64,000 nucleotides of DNA from the human T2T-CHM13v2.0 reference genome, Homo sapiens. Below, in pieces: positions 37,540 to 50,777 of this stretch. The stretch is taken from the NCBI RefSeq assembly GCF_009914755.1, contig NC_060929.1. The stretch is one strand, 5' to 3'. The stretch's first letter is position 1. Each line of letters begins with the position of its first letter. The notes beneath the pieces were generated by a model. It was not told the DNA's origin. It did not search any database and saw only the letters and a list, made by a program, of their open reading frames with translations. The translations under genes were made by a program, and so were the position numbers.

Positions 37540-39409
37540 ACATTCTTTCCACTTCATTCAGCATGGAAACTGTTGTAAAAAGTTCCAAAGTTTTCACCCT
37601 ATACAAGGTTAGCATAGAGAAGTAGAAGATAATTGAGATCATGTCTGGGAATGACCCAGGGTGCCTCTCTTGCACTCAGTAGCCCCTGCCAAAACATGCC
37701 CATCATCGTTGTAATTCATAATTAATGATCTGCACATGAATAAACATTAGACAAACCCTGCCTATAACCTGCAAGAACACTAAAGTCCTTTATACGGTCA
37801 TATAGAAGATCCTAATCAAGCACAGATAAGTCCATCAAGGAATTGCTGCAGCAATTTTTCAACCCTAGGATAGTAATTTTAAATACCTTAGGCTATACCT
37901 ATAATTGCATATTTGGATTGAGATTTATTAACCCATGTAGTAAACTATTTTGGCTGACTTTTTTTCCCAGAATATTGTTTAAAAGTGTCAGAAAAGTAAA
38001 ATCTGTGGGATTTAGATATATGTAAGTAATTATAAAGTTGGTTCTTCCACTTGTACAGCCAAATGACCAAATAACATACAGTAAAAGAGAAGCTGTATAA
38101 AAATTCAAATATGCAAGATATAACAGACCAGTCTGTGATTAAGCAAACCTAAATTACTAAAAATAAAACAAAACAAGGAAGCAAACAAAACAGTTGTTAT
38201 GGAAATATGTTTGAATCATTGAAAGCAAATTAAAGATCCCTCCTATTTGCCAAACATTACACTCAGACTCCACTGCACAGTACAAGCCTGTGCAAATCAA
38301 CATCACAAAACAATACATGGAATGCAGTACCATAGTAGACCTCCAAGACATAGCAAAACAGTGGATAATATGAAAGTCCCCATGGGTAGTTGATTATGAA
38401 GTTCTTTACCTGAAGAATCTAATCTTCTAATCCATTTTAAGCTCATTCTTTTTTTCATAAATATTTATTAAGCATCTCCCACGTAGGGTTTGAAACATCA
38501 GGAATTCAAAGATAGATAATGTTTTTATATATTCCAAACCCAGTTTAGAACTTAGGGAAGAAAGTCTAGACAGAGTTTGTTCTCAAAGCGATGGGTAGAT
38601 TAGGAAATGAAAATAAAAACATCCATGTTTAGCTGGGGCAGATGTCCCACAGCCCTCACTGTCAGGCAAAGGCTAAATATATAATTATACGGGGCTGATT
38701 TGGAAGGCAAATAAACAAACAGGAAATGTAAGCATTGTTTTAAAAGACTAAATCTAAGTTTCAGGGATTGAATAGGAAATACAAGCAGTAATTTCCTTGT
38801 GGCTAGGCAGGAAATATATAATCAAGGAAAGTCAAGCTTCTGCCTAGAACAAATGACAAGTAGGTAGAATGTGAGGAAATAGATAAATGCCAGCCTGAGT
38901 CTGAAGTGTATTAGAGCTTCCACTGAGGAAGCCAGCCATGGCATTATCACAGATGAGCACTCTTCTGCATAGGGATCAGGACATCTCTGATATAAGACAG
39001 GTTTATTCCCATCACATTTCTTACCCCAGTAGACAGTACCCAGAGAGACCCAACACAGAAATATGCAACAGATCAGGCAGGACATGGCAAAATGCCTAAT
39101 AATAGAATAACAGAAAGTTATTGGGGTCATTCTAGCCATCTGAGAATCAAATGAGTAAACATTACCTATGTGTTTAGCTCTGGAATAGTGAAGGAATAGG
39201 GAGTGTTTGACAATGCAACTTACCTTCTCTAGCTGCAAATGAAAGATTCTAGAAGTTTTGGGGAGGATTTTAAGGTCCTGAACTCCCAGGTGCCAGTTCC
39301 TAAATAATGGTAGTCAACTATTTCTTAATCCCACAAACACAATTAGACCAGCTCACTCCCATTTATCTGCTTGTAAGTTTCTGCAGATGGTCTCCCTAAG
39401 ACAACATCA

Positions 39410-39620
39410 AGCATTGCAGTAGGAGCACAAACTGAAATTGGACAGCCTGGGTCAGAATCAGGCCCAACCCTACTGGTTGTGTGATCTTAGAAGAGTTAAC
39501 ATAGCTAAGCCTCAATTTCTTCGTGTTTTAAAGGGGGAAGTTAGTAGAAAACTAACAGAGATTACCGTGAGGCTTGAAAAAAGTTATCACATGTTTAAAG
39601 TTCAGTTACCTTCATCATCA
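39410..39620 (+). mobile_element. MIR
   Basis: gacagcctgggtcagaatc..tactggttgtgtgatcttag...aagcctcaatttct. Confidence 0.65.
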
Positions 39621-41189
39621 TTAGTGTACAGTGTCCTCGGCAATGTTGAGTGTGGTGCCAGTGGCCATCAGGATGCAGTCAGTGTGGCATTTTTAATATT
39701 TTGTTGTCATTCTTACTGGTATCCTTGCTAAATGCATTCAAATATTGACTAATATGTACTATTTAGCTCATCCACACCAGACGGCCCCGAGTGGTCCTTC
39801 AGGGTCTCTCCATATATCCTTATCCCCCCTGAACTAATACCTAGAAGGATTGTGCCTCTGTATTCTCCATGAGTTAGGCTCTCAGTAAATTAGTTCCCAT
39901 TTCAGACTTCATTTGATATCCAAGGAAGGCAGATTCCATGACTGAATCCTCAATTTCAACATCATTCAGTAGGGATTGGACAGTGGGTGTCCTCAGGGCA
40001 TTACCCTGTTCAGCCAGGCTAGGGGCAAAGTTCCAGGAGCAGTGATGGCTTCTAGACCCAAGGGATCCTGGGGGTCATCGTTGTATGGTTTCCTTCTATA
40101 CATATCCGTACCTAGACAACATACTATTCTCCTTAACATTCCTTTATGTGTGCTCACAATGTGCACATTATGTTCAATGTACAATAATTAATTGGATCTT
40201 CAAATTATCAAGACAAAGATAGCTTGATAATTTGAAAATTTACTTTGAAAAAGTAAAAGCAACCAAAAAGGTACTTCAAGTAAGAGCAAAACATTGAGGA
40301 GCAGAAACATCTTTCCTGTCCTTGGGTCCTTTTTTTAACAGAATGTTTCATCTGTTCAGCCCTTAATCTCAATACAACATGATCTTGAAATCTTATACCA
40401 AGTTTAGATACAAATTCCAGAGCCATTACTGAAACTTGAATTGCCGATGCTTAGAATGTAGAATTAGAAAATGTCAAAGTCCGGGTCCCTCTAAATCAAG
40501 ACTGTGTAGCATTATAAAAACATGGTGAAATTGTCCCAATTGTCTCTCTATCCTGAGGCACTCTCTTCAGTTCGTCTTATGCAGAGAGCTGAAGGACAAT
40601 TTGATGGTTTATGAATCTATCCTATTTCTTCCACACACACCAAGCAACTGTACTTTATACTTCTAGGCCTAATGATGATGGAAATTGCTGTAAGGACATC
40701 ATGCCTAAAAGAGGATTGACTTGAAGCAAACACTTTACAAATGTGTATCTTTTAAGAGTTGCCACGGTAAGAATTAAAATAAAGCACATATGTGTCTCCT
40801 AAAACATAATAAAGCATACATTTGTATTACTAGTGTATATTTGCTATTATAATAAGACAAATACTCTTATGAGGCAAAGACTGATTGAAGTATATCAGTT
40901 CCAAATGGAGACAGATGTGTTTTCCTTCAGCCATTTCTTTTTTTTAAAAAAAAACGCATATTTCAAACATTTATGTGCTCTTTCATTAACAGCAGTATGA
41001 ATTCAATTTTCCAGACATTCTCATTATGTGTTGGTAAGATTACCATTTTCATTTTGTCTGTGAATAACTGAAGACCAAGGAGAACAGATAGCTGTTTGGG
41101 TAAGACAACCAGATAACGTGGAAAGCAAAGCTACTCTCCAAAGCAGCTGGAAAAGCTCATTAAAATAATCTGAGAGAAGGCCAACTCAC

Positions 41190-41350
41190 TATGCTGGTGG
41201 TTGTCAAAACCTGCAGCGTATAAAAATCACCTAGGAGTCTTGTAAAAACTACAGATTCCCAGGACCCCACTTTCTTGAGATTCCGATTTAGGAGCCTGAG
41301 GAATAAGGCGCAGAAATGTGCACTTATGACAAGCATTGCAGGAATATGAT
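41190..41350. mobile_element. MER5-like fragment
   Basis: aatcacctaggagtcttgtaaaaactacagattcccaggacccc. Confidence 0.6.
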
Positions 41351-42269
41351 TGATATATGATTAAAGGGTTGGAAATAAAGCCTTCAGGGAAAAGCCAAAG
41401 AATGTGAGTTATTTAGACAAAAGAAAGATTGGATTTCATTTTCTTAAAGTACTGTATATATAGATTACAGATGAAGATATATAGATAATAAAGAAACAAT
41501 TCTATATTTCCACCAGACATGACAACTTAGAATTGCAACATTTACATAAGGCACTATTTACATAATAACACTACGTTATTTGGCTAATTATAATAGGGAA
41601 TGGGAGTTACAGATTTTCATCTGGAAAGATGACGAGAACGAAGTACCAAGAGTTCTTTCCACGTTTTTTAAGAGCAGGGCTCTCTAGAAAACGGGAGACA
41701 AGGAGTTTACCTGGACAGTGGTATCATCTGACTCTGCTATTATTATTTTATGAAAGAAAAAGGCATCTTTCCAAGGACTCCTGATGTTATTGTAAAACTG
41801 CTCTCACATGTTGGACACATGACTGCAACACTGCTTGCAGCTGTTCGTCCTGCTCTTGCCAATCATTATTTATGCCTGTGAAGAGTTGAATAAGATGCAA
41901 AAGAGTCAGTGTCAAATTAGTCCTGAAGAAACTGTATTTCTTTTGCCTTGATGCTATGTAGTGGGGAAAAGCTGGCTTTTAAGTATATTCTTGATGTTCT
42001 TAAACCCAGGATAAGGAAGATACACAATCTTATACCTCTGCTTCCAGGAAACACATGCAGCCCAAGCAAGTTCCAAAAAAAAAAAAAAAAAAAAAAAACC
42101 GTAACAATATCTTCAATGTGAGTAAACCCCATTTCACATACAATAGCATGACTGTTGTGAAAGAATAACAATAACTTTGGAAGGAGGAATAAAAATATGC
42201 TCATTTTCCTCTAATTGCCATATAGAAATTTTTGTAAAAATGACATTAATTTCCAACGTGTCTTATTAG

Positions 42270-42472
42270 TAGAGGGTTTCTCAACCTTGGCACCACTGAC
42301 ATTCTAGGCCAGATAATTGCTTTGGGGGCTGTTCTGTGCATTTTCAGATGTTTAGCAGCATCTTTAGCCGCTACAAACTGTATGACAAAAGCATCCCCAT
42401 CCTCCTTGTGATGATCAAAAATGCCTCCAGACATTGTCCATGAGGGCAAAATGACCACTGGTTAGAATAATA
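42270..42472. mobile_element. MER20
   Basis: gtttctcaaccttggcaccactgacatt..ggccagataatt...gatgtttagcagcatc...ctccagacattg..gggcaaaat. Confidence 0.88.
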
Positions 42473-42919
42473 GTCCATGGTGGTAATCACATAACCTGCT
42501 TTTACCTGACTGAAGTAGCCCAGTATAGACTGGAATTTACCCATTCCTGGAATGCCCTAATTAGTACCATATTGCTTTCCCTATACTGTTGTTTAAACAT
42601 AGCAATACTCAGACAAAGAAAGGCAAGCTGTTAGTAGTTGTCATAAAGAGGGTACACACAAGCAGGAGAAGACCACTACAATCACAATCTACCACAGAAA
42701 CCTCAGAGTGAAAACACACTGGGATTGATTCAAAGTGCTTCCTAGTATCCATAACTTATCCATAACCAAGGGTGACCAAAGAAGGGGACTGGAGCCATGG
42801 CTCTACCACTACCTATCCCTTATTTGGCATGATCCTCTTATGTACCCAGGTCTGAATGTACATAAAGATATGGTGTAAACAGTGTTTGTTTTGATTGTCC
42901 CCTTGGTGACTTGATGTTC

Positions 42920-43140
42920 TCAAGTCATGGGCTTTGGAGTCACACTAACAGAAGTTCATATTCTAGTTATGCCACTAACTGGTTCTGCGATCTTTAATAA
43001 GTTATTTAACCTCTTCAAGTCTCAGTTCCTTTATCTAGAAGGTGAGAATAATAAATCAAGCCCATAAGGTATGGTGACAATAAAGAAAGTATGTAAAACA
43101 CAGGCATAACATAAGCACCCAATGAAAACAAATTTTTCAT
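42920..43140 (+). mobile_element. MIR
   Basis: gggctttggagtcacac...gccactaact..aagttatttaacctct..tctcagtt. Confidence 0.75.
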
Positions 43141-43699
43141 TGTTTTTGCTGTTGCTTTTGCTGCTATGGTAATCATTGGCATTATTATCATTATACCAAT
43201 TGATGTTAAGTTTCTTAAACCCCAGTGAGTTCAGGAATTTCAAGGCAAGGACTACTGCCCCAGCCCATTCCTCTTTTTCTCTTTCATATTTAGGAAATCC
43301 CTACATCCTTCTAACTTAGATGAGTGATTTCATAGAAAAATGTTATCATCTTGGTCACTAACCAAGCCACCACCACCAATTTTATGAATATCTTTAAAAG
43401 AATGCCCTCCATGACTTAATTTGAAGCCCTAATCCTCATGATGGAAATTTTGGCATTTCAGCAGATTTGCGGTCCTAGAATTTGGAGGTTAGGAGGATCT
43501 TTCAGTGGTCCTCCATTCACATTAGCTTGTAAGATGTCACCTAAGAGTAAGAAGAATCAGCTCTTCTAGCATCTTAGTGCTGGGTGAAGAGAGGATAAAG
43601 ACAATTGAGACAGAGAATTTGGCTAGTGACAACACGTGATTACAAATTTCCACTTTCAATCCCCCTTTCATCCTTCCACCCTTGACACTTGCCAGAGAA

Positions 43700-44118
43700 A
43701 TTGCATACTTCCCACAGCCTGAAAAGCCATGTTCCTCTTCCCTCCCTAGGGAAATCTTACCCATTCTTCAAAGATGAACTCAAAAGTAGTTTTCTGTGAA
43801 GCCTTCCCTGCTAAACCCAAGTTGAGGGTAATCGCTCACAGAACTTTAGAACTGGACAAAATCTCTGTATTTTTATAGTTAGGGTCCATGTTTTGGAGGT
43901 ATGATTAAAGAGATTTTAGTAGGAAAAAGGACTGACTGATTCCAGCTGTTGGTATTCTATTTGGAATTATGATTGTTATTTTTAATGCTTTTAAATTGCA
44001 CTAGATTCTAAGTTGTTGGGGTGGAATCCCTGTTGTACTCAATATTGTCTGTCCATAGCATCTAAAACAGTGCATGAACCGTAGTTCATACTTAATAAAT
44101 ACCAGTTGAATGAATGAA
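43700..44118 (+). mobile_element. L2 fragments
   Basis: ccattcttcaaagatgaactcaaa..ctgtgaagccttccctg; terminal aataaatacc.gttgaatgaatgaa. Confidence 0.55.
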
Positions 44119-44950
44119 CCCTATATTATTAACCAAGCAGGTTTAATAGACACTATTTGCTGCTTCTTATCAATGTCAGCTTAATTGTTCCTCCTGAGTA
44201 TCCATGGATATCTACCAGCCACATTGATCATGTTAAAGGTCATGAGGAGCAGTTTTACAAAAATCATGTATTACTTAAGTTTTTTTGGTTTTCTTACTAT
44301 TATTCACTCCAACACAAGAATTTTAAAAAATTGAAATAGAATAATAATAAAAATCAACACGAGTAGTGCTATCTAAACCAAGTGATTTGGTGTACATTTT
44401 CTCATTTAATCTTCAGAGCAACTTGTAGTTAACATAATTATTCCCAGTCTACAGAAGGTTAAGCTGAGGATGCTTTGCTCATAATCACATGGCCAAGCAG
44501 AGACCATGTTTCTCAGCGCCAACCACATGTCTTTCTTACTTCATTGTTAGATTCACTGTAACTAGGGAGTACATAATCTCTCAAACCCATCCACACTCAT
44601 TGAAGTCTATGGAAAACAAACTGGAGACAAAAACACCCATAGGCAACAATGAGTTGACTCTTTCTGTGGTTAGTTTTTCTCTGTATTTTTTCAAATCTAT
44701 TCATTCTTCCTGACTACAGCATCATTTGCCATAGTCTTCTCCTAAGTCAATGTCATACTTCCTCTCAACCACTTGAGAGATTGCAGATCTTTGTCATTCA
44801 ACATCATTTAATTTCCTGAATAAAGAAACAAAAAAAATGGAAGAGGTTTAGGTATACATCTAGAGTTGATTTTAATTTCCTGTTTGCCCTTGTAATTATG
44901 GTTTTTCTTCTTTGCTTTTGAAAACTATAATGAGTGTTTGAAGTATTACA

Positions 44951-44996
44951 ATTACTTTCGATTGCAAAAACTGCAATTACTTTTGCACCGGCCTAA
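44951..44996. mobile_element. Half MADE1 / solo Hsmar1 TIR
   Basis: attactttcgattgcaaaaactgcaattacttttgcaccggcctaa|TA. Confidence 0.85.
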
Positions 44997-45299
44997 TATA
45001 TGTTCTATGTGGTCTTTCTCATCTTTAAAAGAGCAAGCAATTGATTATAACACAATGGTGTCAACAGCCATTGGATATCTACCAATTATCCAATAGGACA
45101 ATTTATCTAATGAATTACCTTTTAGGTTACCTATATGCTTAAATTTGGTTACAACACACTTTTACACTGGTATATGTAAGATAGAAGAACATACAGCTCA
45201 AATCTTGAGTTCTCTTGCTGCCAATATTGATGGAGTTTATGAAAAATTAAAATGATGAAGCATACTTCAGGTGTTCATTTCCAAATGCAATGCATTTTC

Positions 45300-46020
45300 T
45301 ATTTTTTCCATTTTAAAAATAATATGCACCCATTGTAAAAAGAAACTTCATCATTATCATCGTTAAATAAACAGAGGCAATTTCCTTCATAACCTCTTCT
45401 GTTCCACCTTCACCTCCAAGTCAACTCCCACTCCAGTGGTATTATGTTAATAATTTGTGTGTTTGCGTGTTTGTGTGTGTGTGTGTGTGTGTATACACGT
45501 GTTTCCAGGAAGAGACAGAAAAAATGCAGATATATAGAAAGCATGATACACATTTTTAATTTGATTATCTTTGCTTACTAATATATCATAAACGTCTCTC
45601 TTACCAGTATAATACAAATTGACCTCATGCTTTTTAATAGCTTCATAGTGTTTTATGGAATGCTTATACTACAAATTTGCTAAATCATTCCCCTACTAGT
45701 GATATTTTGACATACATTGACAGATATTTTTAATTTTTTTTATTGTGTGACAATCCACAGAGGACATCTTCATGTTTACATCTTTGTGCTCATTTGGGCA
45801 TTACTACTAAAGAAAGTCTTAGACAAAGAATTCCTGATTCAAAGTGTATGCATTTTTAAAATGCAAGTCATGAGCTTTAGAGTCACACTGACAGTTCATA
45901 TTACTTTCTTACTTCATAAGCCTGTTCAATTACCCTCCAAAGGGCTATGAAAATTTCTGCTTTCCACACAATGTATGAGTCGCCTTATTTCTTTACACCC
46001 TCACAGTGTGGATATCATCA
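45300..46020 (-). mobile_element. L1ME 3' fragments, resuming at ~46990-47090, with (TG)n at ~45455-45492
   Basis: ctcatgctttttaatagcttcatagtgttt...aatcattcccctact...cacacaatgtatgag..ttctttacaccctcac. Confidence 0.65.
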
Positions 46021-46079
46021 ACTGGCTTCACTTGAATTCCCCTGAAAGCAGGTCCTGAGACAAAAATGTGAAGGCAATA

Positions 46080-46444
46080 CAGATGGTCACTGACTTCCAA
46101 TGATTCCACTTATACTTTTTCAACTTTACAATGGTGCACAAACTATAGACATTCAGTAGAAAACAGTGTGATTCTCTCACATGATGCTGGGCCATGCAGT
46201 AAGCTGCAGCTCTCACTCAGCCACACAAAGGTAAAAATACCAGTACTGTACAGTACATTGTGTTGCCAGATGATTTTGCCCAACTATAGGCCAATGTAAG
46301 TGTTCCAAGCATGTTTAAGGTGGGCTAAGCTAAAGTATGATGTTTGGTAGGTTAGGTATATTAAATGCATTTTTGACTTAGTCATATTTTCAACTTACAA
46401 TGGTTTATCAGGACATAACCCCATTGTAAATGGGGGAGCATCTG
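46080..46444 (-). mobile_element. MER47A (Tigger-derived)
   Basis: TA|cagatggtc..gactt...gatgtttggtaggttaggtatattaaatgcattttt...ccccattgtaa..ggagcatctg|TA. Confidence 0.88.
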
Positions 46445-46552
46445 TAGTTTATTTTGAAGTTAATTCCAGGAATCACTATGAGGTTGCAAGGAGTAAGACA
46501 AGAAGTGGGGAACAAATAGACAGAACATTGACTAGCCAGTTACCTCTATTCG

Positions 46553-46667
46553 TAGTGTGGTCAACTATCACAGTTTGCATGGAATCAATGGGGTGTCCCA
46601 GGACACAGAATTTCCAATGCTAAAACTGGGACAGTTCTAGAAAAGCAGAGATAAGTTGGTTACCCTA
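46553..46667. mobile_element. MER81-like (hAT-Blackjack MITE)
   Basis: tagtgtggtcaact...tcccaggacacagaattt..tgctaaaactgggacagt...agttggttacccta. Confidence 0.75.
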
Positions 46668-47344
46668 CTGTATGGGCAATTGGGCTCAATTATTCTGGAG
46701 ACCCATGGAAAGGCCATATGGAACACAACTTAGGATTGTTCCAACAAAAGGCAAAGATGTGAAGTATTTATTCACCAGCCCTTAGTAGTTTGGAGGTACT
46801 CCAAGGCATTCTGGCTCAGTTACTTCCCATCTGACCTGTGCAGGGACAAAGCATGCTCCTGTGTCCAAAGATAGCCCACTGGAGGAAAGGTGCAGGAATT
46901 TGTTGTCATGTCTGAGAAATGTCTGCAGACAAACTCTGGGATCGGCCAAAAGGATGTGGGGGTGGGAGTGCCAATACCATCTATGCATGATTATTTGTCC
47001 CTAGTCTGATCAGCAAAATGATGCTATCTCAATATTGTTCTCATTTACATTCTCTAATGAGTGGGAATTTTGGACATAACTTCATATTTGCATCCCTTTT
47101 TGAGACTCAAGTTTTCAAGCATTTAAATACAGTTTTAGGGTAGGTTATTTTCTTGGCCTGGGACAACCAACTTCCATAATAGAAAAAAAATTTCAATCAG
47201 TTTACCTAAAATATGTGTGTATTGGAATGGAATGGGATGGGATAGGGGAGCAGGGTAAACTCTTCCAGGTGAATTAAAGGTGAGAATTAATGATTTAATT
47301 ATAGTATTTTCAAGGCCACAATCCTTGTTAGACTTTCCTTTACC

Positions 47345-47658
47345 TTATTTTTAAAAAACTGTACATATGTATGGGGTAAGTATATACATATGTGTCATTA
47401 TACATATTTATCATGTACATATTATCATATATTGTATACATATACATATCATTATATATTGTACAGTTTTATGTACAGTTTTTTAAAAAGGTACGTATGT
47501 ATGGGGTACAATGTATAGTGATCAAGTCAGGGTAGTTAGTATATCCATCACCTCAAATACTTATCATTTCTTTGTGTTGGGAATATTTCAAGTCTTCTCC
47601 TCCAGGTATTTTGAAATATACAATAAATTATTGTTAACTATAGTCACCCTACAGTGCT
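47345..47658 (-). mobile_element. L1MA 3' end with rearranged AT-rich insert
   Basis: atggggtacaatgtatagtgatcaagtcagggta..atccatcacctcaaatacttatcatttctttgtgttggg...ttaactatagtcaccct. Confidence 0.85.
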
Positions 47659-48989
47659 GAAGCGGAATTGAGCTCCTTAAGTTTTGTACATCATGTTTTT
47701 TTAGGTTCCCACTGAGCTGATTTTTGGCCATGATTCACACATATCTCTCCTCCAAGGCTCCTCTCACAAAGCATTTCCTCCCAGTCACGTTTTCAAATAG
47801 CTTCTCATTCCCTGTATGCCTGTGTGTGCATGGCCTCATCTCACTTTCGCTGTGACCATTGCTGCTCATTTCTATTTCCTTCAAGCCTCATTTACTGCTG
47901 CCTAATTTGCCTTCTAGCTCAGAGGAAAGCAGAGATGTTTAATGGAGCTCTCAGAATCATCATTACTGAAAGCTGACACAGTCAAATCCCTTGTGTCCCT
48001 TAATACGCATAATATTGCTTAGCCTAAAAGCCACAGTCTGGGAGACTCACTGTATCATAATGAGAACATTCAGAAGATAACTAAATCATAAATTTAAACT
48101 TCAGATTCTATCACTTCATTGATTAAGCTCTCAGACATTTCCCCAACTACCTAAGACCTGTCATTATTAATCTTACCTGTTTTATTAATTCCATTTCACT
48201 GTGTTTCTTAACACATATGTTACAGCCTCCCACCAAGTCTATCCTCCAATCATGATTACAAACTGGCAGTACCTTAGAATGATGATCTTTTGATAGTTTT
48301 ATTACCGAGCAGAAAGCAATCTGTATAGTTTCTGTCTCACAAATTAATTGCTTAGACTTTTCCTGCTAAGCTTCCACCTCAGAACTTGTCCCCATTTCAA
48401 AGAGTAAACCAACCCTCATTTTACAAAGATAGCAACTAAAATTCCAAGACATTAAATGACTTGCCTGAGGCTACACAACTCATGGCCACAGACAGAACTC
48501 TTCCTCCTAGGCTACTTGTGTTATGTCAGGGTGATTCATCTTCTCTATGCTTCTCTGAAAAAAACAGAATCTGTCAAGCAGTCATCTCCCCATCCCCCCA
48601 CCTGCCTCAGACCCTGTGCTTCAGTTCTGTTCTCTACCACGACTCTACCCTACCCTTCAATCACTTCACTTCAGAGAAGCTAAGACCCCTTCAGAGCATT
48701 AGCATGTCCACAGGCATGGCATGAACTCCAGTCTTCTCCAGATACTTGGGCACTCACAGTGTCCTATCTGGATAGTCATTCACCTCTTTGTGAATAATGC
48801 ATCTGCCTGAACAACTTAAATTCAAGGCCCCTGAGTGCATATATATTTATAGAATTCCTTGCACTCACCATTGTGCCTAAATGCCTATCGCAATTCATAT
48901 GGTAGATATTTCACAAGTATTTAATGAGGATGATAATTATAACAATGTCATGGGAAGAATCAATTTTTAAAATTGTGTTGTGGAAAAAA

Positions 48990-49101
48990 TATACACACAT
49001 ATATAATATACATATATAATACACATATACATATAGCTGTATATATATACATATATGTATATGTATATATACATATATAATACACATATACATATAGCTG
49101 T
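48990..49101. repeat. (TA/CA)-rich simple repeat
   Basis: Contains two copies of atataatacacatatacatatagctgta. Confidence 0.85.
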
Positions 49102-50261
49102 AGTTTTCTATTCTTAAGAATAAAATTAATCATATTGGGCTTGAAAGAATGGTAAGAGATAATGGCTTACCAACATAGTGCTGCCTGTACAGAGACCAGA
49201 CCGGATTTCACAAGGGTGTGTATTTGTAAGAAGGTAAGGAACTTGTTTCTTTTTTTGTCTTGCTTTTGTTTTTGTGTTGCTGTTTATTAGAGCAACTGAA
49301 TTACAAACCTGAAGAGATGAATTTAGGTTTAGAAAGCTGACAATTTTAGTAGACCCCTGATGTAAAATGCCTTTTTCAGTATACTTCCCCAGAGACGGCA
49401 AAGATCCTGGACCTAAAGTCAAATTCTGCAACATTAGGCAACTGATGAATCCCAAAGGTGATTGCCTGGTTGATGGGTGATGGTCAAAGGAGTATCAGAC
49501 ACAGGAGACCACTTCTGTGGGTCAATGAACAATAAGGCCAGGAAAAGGCAACTCACATGTGTAATCTTGCCACAGTTTTGGTAAGTAAGATGTTAGGAGT
49601 TTGAAATTCAGCCTACATCTCTGCCTTAAGGTATATGTGGAGATCTTTAAAGTGAGTGGTGAAGAAAGGGTTAAGAAATAGGATTTAATGGGGAATAGAT
49701 TAAAAAAAATGAGAAGGAGTCTTAGCTAAACAAAAGAAGAAAGCGGGTTTTATTTTTGTTTTTGTTTTTGTTTTTTAATTTTCTGGGTGTTTAAAGGTAA
49801 GCAATGGTTTTTCATTTCTACCAGACTAAGACAGATTGCAATTGCCTTAGAGCAGTTGGGAATTTTGTAGGCAAAGGAGAAACCATATTAGGAAAAAAGA
49901 ATATATCGCTAAGCTGACAAGATACTGTAAATACCCAAAACTAGGACTTATACAAGCCGAGGGGGTTAAGCTGCCCCTTGATAGACTGGTACAATGAGAA
50001 AAAACAAAGTTCGCATGTCTGATTATGCACGAATTTCCTGAGTGAAAATCTTAGCTTGGATTTGTAACCCAAGTCTTTTAATGCATTGAGGAAAGATTAA
50101 CAGTAAGAGCCTAATATGGTTTGGATCTGTGTCCTCACCCACATCTCATGTCGAATTCTCCAGTGCTGGAAGAGGGGCCTGGTGGGATGTGATTGGATCA
50201 TGGGAACAGACTTCCCCTTGCTGTTCTCATGACAGTGAGTTCGTTCTTACAAGATCTGCTT

Positions 50262-50262
50262 C

Positions 50263-50304
<42 letters not shown>

Positions 50305-50587
50305 TTGAGATGGAGTCTCGCATTTTCCCCTGGGCTGGAGTGCAATGGTGTGATCTTGGCTCACTGCAACCTCTGCCTCCTGGGTTCAGGTGATTCTCCT
50401 GCCTCAGTCTCCTGAGTAGCTGGGATTACAGGTGCCTGCCTCCATGCCCGGCTAATTTTTTGTATTTTTAGTAAAGACTGGGTTTCTCTATGTTGGCCAG
50501 GCTGGTCTTGAACTCCTGACCTCGTGATCCACCCACCTCCGCCTCCCAAAGTGCTGGGATTACAGGCATGAGCCACCGTGCCCAGCC
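50262..50587 (-). mobile_element. AluS (Sg-like) with (GTT)n tail
   Basis: Full dimer; 13-bp TSD acaagatctgctt/acaacatctgctt; tail converted to a trinucleotide repeat at 50263-50303. Confidence 0.96.
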
Positions 50588-50777
50588 ACAACATCTGCTT
50601 GTTTAATAGTGTGTCGCACCTCCCACTTCGCTCTCTTCCTGCTACTTTGGCCATATAAGACATGCCTCCTTCCTCTTCACCTTCCACCATGACCATAATT
50701 TTACTGAGGCCTCCCCAGCCATGCTTCAATTAAACCTCTTTTCTTTATAAATGACCCAGTCTCAGGTAGTTATTTAT

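Larger units (their letters stand above)
46022..46987 (-). mobile_element. LTR16C-like ERVL LTR carrying two nested MITEs
   Basis: ttcccctgaaagcaggtcctgagacaa..gcaa[insert]tagtttatttt..gggcaattgggctcaat...gtatttattcaccagc. Confidence 0.65.

Noticed and set aside
50193-50729. Poly-valine and 122-aa ORFs
   Set aside because: Translations of a (GTT)n Alu tail, Alu and MSTA sequence
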